Assembly (NCBI GenBank): GCA_035389045.1
Contig: DAOORA010000018.1
Coordinates: 52,183-72,182, forward strand
Reading direction: 5' to 3'
Origin: Bacteroidales bacterium
GTDB lineage: Bacteria; Bacteroidota; Bacteroidia; Bacteroidales; CAIWKO01
Length of the DNA: 20,000 bases
The notes beneath the pieces are model-generated. The model searched no databases. It was given only the letters and a program-made list of their open reading frames with translations, and was not told where the DNA came from. The position numbers and the translations under genes were made by a program. Positions within the stretch are counted from its first letter, which is position 1. Each line of letters starts with the position of its first letter. Of the stretch, positions 17,012 to 20,000 are shown piece by piece.

Positions 17012-18613
17012 ATGACATTAAAATTTGAAAGTCCAAAATGCTCATCTTCAATAATAAAAGTCATTGGAGTGGGTGGCGGCGGCAGCAATGCTGTGAATCA
17101 TATGTACAAACAGGGGATCAAAGGTGTGGATTTTGTGGTTTCAAATACTGATTCCCAGGCACTTGATACGAGCCCGATTCCAAATAAAATACAACTTGGG
17201 ACTACGCTCACCGAAGGTCTTGGTGCAGGCGCCATCCCTGAAACCGGCAGGAAAGCGGCGCTGGAGACCATTGATAATATCAAGGAGGTACTACAGCAAA
17301 ATACCAAAATGGTATTCATCACCGCAGGCATGGGCGGCGGTACCGGAACAGGTGCAGCGCCTGTTATTGCACAAATCGCCAAAGAAATGGGAATACTTAC
17401 TGTGGGCATTGTCACTCTGCCCTTTTCCTTTGAAGGCAAAAAACGCAAAAAACAAGCTGAAGAAGGCCTGGATGAATTAAGAAAATATGTGGATACCCTC
17501 CTGGTGATCTGCAATGATAAATTACGCGAACTACACCGCGACCTCAAATTGTCGGAAGCTTTCGGAAGAGCCGATGATATTCTGACCATCGCCGCCAAGG
17601 GTATCGCCGAAATTATCACCGTATCCGGCTATATCAACGTGGATTTCAATGATGTGAATACCGTGATGCGCAATAGCGGTGTCGCCATCATGGGCACCGG
17701 CATCGCCGAAGGTGAGAACAGGGCCGTGAAAGCTGTCGAAACAGCGTTATCTTCACCCCTGCTGAACGAAAATGATATTACCGGCGCACAGAACATCCTC
17801 CTGTATATTTCTTCAGGTGATGACGAAATAACTATGGACGAAGTGTCTGAGATCACGGATTATATCCAGCAGGCAGCAGGTTCCACCGCCGAAATTATCT
17901 GGGGTAACGGCAATGAAGAATCGCTGGGCAATAAAATCAGTGTGACGCTTATCGCCACCGGATTCAGCAAAGGAAACAACCCCGAATATTCGACCAATAC
18001 AATTAAACAGCCGGAAAAAACAGTGCTGAACCTTGAAACAGATCCCGTTAAACCTGCTGAAAAAACTATCGTCAGCGAAGATGAAATGACGCTGATCACA
18101 AAAAAACCTGAAATTGAAGAGATAAAAGTGATACTGCCTGTCAAGCCATTTTCAGAACCGTCGGTGGAAGATCACAAAAATCCGGTTATTTCCAATACCA
18201 CAGAAAAGGAATTTAAGGTGGAGTTGAACATCAGCCAGGACGATTCCGAAATGTACCTGTTCACCAAGACAGAATCCGGTGAAAAATCAGTGGTGAATGA
18301 GCCTGTGGTAAATCAGAACAATCAAAATCCACAAACAACCCAAAATGATGGTTTTGCCGAAGAAGAAACCGAAAATCTTCAGAAAAAGCAGCCCGACAGG
18401 ATCGCTAACCTCAGGGAGATGAGCCAGAAAATCAAAAACCAGGAAGGATTAAGAGAGATTGAAAAAACTCCTGCTTACATCCGCCGGCAGTTCCACATGG
18501 AAAATACAAAACCCTCATCCGACTCTGAAATATCCAATTTGTCGTTAGGTACCGATGAGGATAACAAGACCGGTATCAAAAAAAATCCTTTTTTGCATGA
18601 TAATGTAGACTGA
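17012..18613 (+). CDS. ftsZ: Cell division protein FtsZ with long C-terminal linker
   Basis: IKVIGVGGGGSNA, tubulin signature GMGGGTGTG, INVDFND, PAYIRR and the C-terminal NPFLHDNVD typical of Bacteroidota. Confidence 0.99.
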   Translation: MTLKFESPKCSSSIIKVIGVGGGGSNAVNHMYKQGIKGVDFVVSNTDSQALDTSPIPNKIQLGTTLTEGLGAGAIPETGRKAALETIDNIKEVLQQNTKMVFITAGMGGGTGTGAAPVIAQIAKEMGILTVGIVTLPFSFEGKKRKKQAEEGLDELRKYVDTLLVICNDKLRELHRDLKLSEAFGRADDILTIAAKGIAEIITVSGYINVDFNDVNTVMRNSGVAIMGTGIAEGENRAVKAVETALSSPLLNENDITGAQNILLYISSGDDEITMDEVSEITDYIQQAAGSTAEIIWGNGNEESLGNKISVTLIATGFSKGNNPEYSTNTIKQPEKTVLNLETDPVKPAEKTIVSEDEMTLITKKPEIEEIKVILPVKPFSEPSVEDHKNPVISNTTEKEFKVELNISQDDSEMYLFTKTESGEKSVVNEPVVNQNNQNPQTTQNDGFAEEETENLQKKQPDRIANLREMSQKIKNQEGLREIEKTPAYIRRQFHMENTKPSSDSEISNLSLGTDEDNKTGIKKNPFLHDNVD

Positions 18614-18620
18614 AATCAGT

Positions 18621-19070
18621 ATGAGCCTCGAACTAAAAATCAATGAAGATATTAAGCAGGCGATGCTGGCCAAAAACAAAGACCTGCTCGAAGCCCTGCG
18701 CGCCGTAAAATCAGCGCTGCTGCTGGCAAAAACAGAAAAAGCCGATGCCGTCGTCGATGAAGAAGCAGAAATAAAAATTCTGCAAAAACTGGTAAAACAA
18801 CGACGGGAAACGGCTGAGATTTATGCGTCGCAAAATCGCCAGGACCTGGCCGATATTGAAAAATTTCAGGCCGATGTCATTCAGAAATATCTGCCCGAAC
18901 AGATGGGGGAAGAAGAGTTGATGGCGATCATTAAGGAAATTATCGCTGAAACAGGAGCCACATCGGTAAAAGATATGGGTAAAGTAATGGGCGCTGCTGC
19001 AAAAAAATTAGCCGGGAAAGCAGACAACAAAACTATCTCGGAAAAAGTAAAGCAGATATTGGGGTTATGA
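18621..19070 (+). CDS. yqeY: GatB/YqeY domain-containing protein
   Basis: IKQAMLAK, ALRAVKS, KLVKQRRE, YLPEQM, DMGKVMG and GKAD motifs. Usual Bacteroidota position after ftsZ. Confidence 0.93.
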   Translation: MSLELKINEDIKQAMLAKNKDLLEALRAVKSALLLAKTEKADAVVDEEAEIKILQKLVKQRRETAEIYASQNRQDLADIEKFQADVIQKYLPEQMGEEELMAIIKEIIAETGATSVKDMGKVMGAAAKKLAGKADNKTISEKVKQILGL

Positions 19071-19146
19071 AAGGTTTTTGCATACTTATATTGACGGGTT
19101 ATATATTATGGAATTAAATAAGCCAGTTTTTGTATTTATAAAAATA

Positions 19147-19476
19147 TTATTTTCTGACACATCTATAAAACAGAGAATTACCATTAGGATAAGTAGTCTT
19201 ATTTCCATCACCAAAGGATTGAGTCCAGAAATAGTTAGTAGAAGATACTGTGGATGACCAATACTGGGCGCTTTCTAATCCATTAATTTTCACTTTGTTT
19301 TTATAGATAATATTTAATTCTTCTTTTGTTGGCAGTCTCCAATCCGAGTAGCCATAAACATTCAGGGTTTCACAAAACTGGTTAGCCGTTTTCCAATCAT
19401 CTTGCCCAAAATTATCTGTCAGAAAATTTTGAGAAAAGCCTAAAAAGTTATTTATATTTACTACATACAACAGGCC
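19147..19476 (-). CDS. DUF1566 (Lcl C-terminal, C-type-lectin-like) domain; probably the 3' part of a frameshifted gene
   Basis: WKTANQFC, YGYSDWRLPTKEEL, YWSST, W..F..G and RCVRK at the extreme C-terminus. The frame opens at 19476 after a TAG and offers only a TTG start. Confidence 0.75.
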   Translation of the reverse strand, partial: GLLYVVNINNFLGFSQNFLTDNFGQDDWKTANQFCETLNVYGYSDWRLPTKEELNIIYKNKVKINGLESAQYWSSTVSSTNYFWTQSFGDGNKTTYPNGNSLFYRCVRK

Positions 19477-20000
19477 CTAAATATTCCAAGACAATTTGTT
19501 TTTCAAAAAATTTTCTTCCTTTCCATTCTGTTATATTTACTGTTGCCTTATCATGAGAATATAACCATGTATGATAAAAGTATTTCCCATGCAGTATTTT
19601 TTGCTCAGTCATATCATAAGAAAACTCATATTTATAACTATTATCTGAAGATGAAAATTCCTTTTTACAAACTTGAATAATTCTACAAATAGCCGTATCA
19701 CTTTTTTCCATAAAACTATTATCTGATTCCAGTATTTCAAACCAAGTATTAAATTTTTTTTCAATTTTTAAAATATTACCTTCTACTTTCCAGGTAATAT
19801 TGCGATTTAGATGGCTATTGGTTTTGTTATAATATTCCCCTGTGCCATCTTCAAACAAATAAAACTTACCATCTAATGAATATGACCATATACCGGCAGG
19901 CCAAGGGCTATTTGTATGGAAATCTTTTATTATTTTATCACAGGTGTTATAAATAGAAGGTGCGTTAATTTCTGCATATTCTGTTGAGCTTCTATTAGGC
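19448..20000 (-). CDS. AT-rich hypothetical protein, 5' end outside the window; probable N-terminal part of the DUF1566 gene
   Basis: Hand translation shows the frame of ORF 19448-19858 is open to the window edge (PNRSSTEYAEIN...AGIWSYSLDGKFYLFEDGTGEYY...ITWKVEGNILKI). The G.W..F.EDGTG..W.V.GN.L.I pattern resembles lipocalin-like beta-barrel domains. Confidence 0.6.
   Translation of the reverse strand, partial: PNRSSTEYAEINAPSIYNTCDKIIKDFHTNSPWPAGIWSYSLDGKFYLFEDGTGEYYNKTNSHLNRNITWKVEGNILKIEKKFNTWFEILESDNSFMEKSDTAICRIIQVCKKEFSSSDNSYKYEFSYDMTEQKILHGKYFYHTWLYSHDKATVNITEWKGRKFFEKQIVLEYLGPVVCSKYK

Noticed and set aside
17960..18613. Long (~200 aa) acidic, low-complexity FtsZ C-terminal linker
   Set aside because: Long variable linkers ending in FLHDNVD are common in Bacteroidota FtsZ. 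No intein or repeat signature seen.
2798..19070. murF, ddl and murB are missing from the dcw cluster
   Set aside because: This reduced order ending in ftsZ-yqeY is the usual Bacteroidota arrangement. Those genes normally lie elsewhere.
1..20000. CRISPR arrays, tRNA/rRNA genes, transposases, integrases or reverse transcriptases
   Set aside because: None seen. Nearly all sequence is accounted for by recognised CDSs, and the spacers lack repeat-spacer periodicity or tRNA T-loop/cloverleaf signatures.

Overview
Bacteroidota-type chromosomal window, mostly core genome. It holds a complete, tightly packed division/cell-wall (dcw) operon on the + strand: mraZ-rsmH-ftsL-ftsI-murE-mraY-murD-ftsW-murG-murC-ftsQ-ftsA-ftsZ-yqeY. 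Divergent from it, lpxK and a purine nucleoside phosphorylase run on the - strand. The Bacteroidota assignment rests on the gene order (no murF/ddl/murB, yqeY after ftsZ), the FtsZ C-terminus FLHDNVD and TAnnTTTG-type promoter elements. The non-routine points are: (1) FtsI carries an apparent internal duplication of a ~75-90 aa segment of its non-catalytic N-terminal module; (2) the 700-bp lpxK-mraZ spacer is dense with hairpins and REP-like palindromes and also has back-to-back -7 elements, a 39-codon leader ORF and a 10-bp-periodic MraZ-box array; (3) an AT-rich convergent gene at the right edge ends in a DUF1566/Lcl-like domain and is split by an apparent single-base frameshift. No complete novel multi-gene system can be demonstrated from this window alone.
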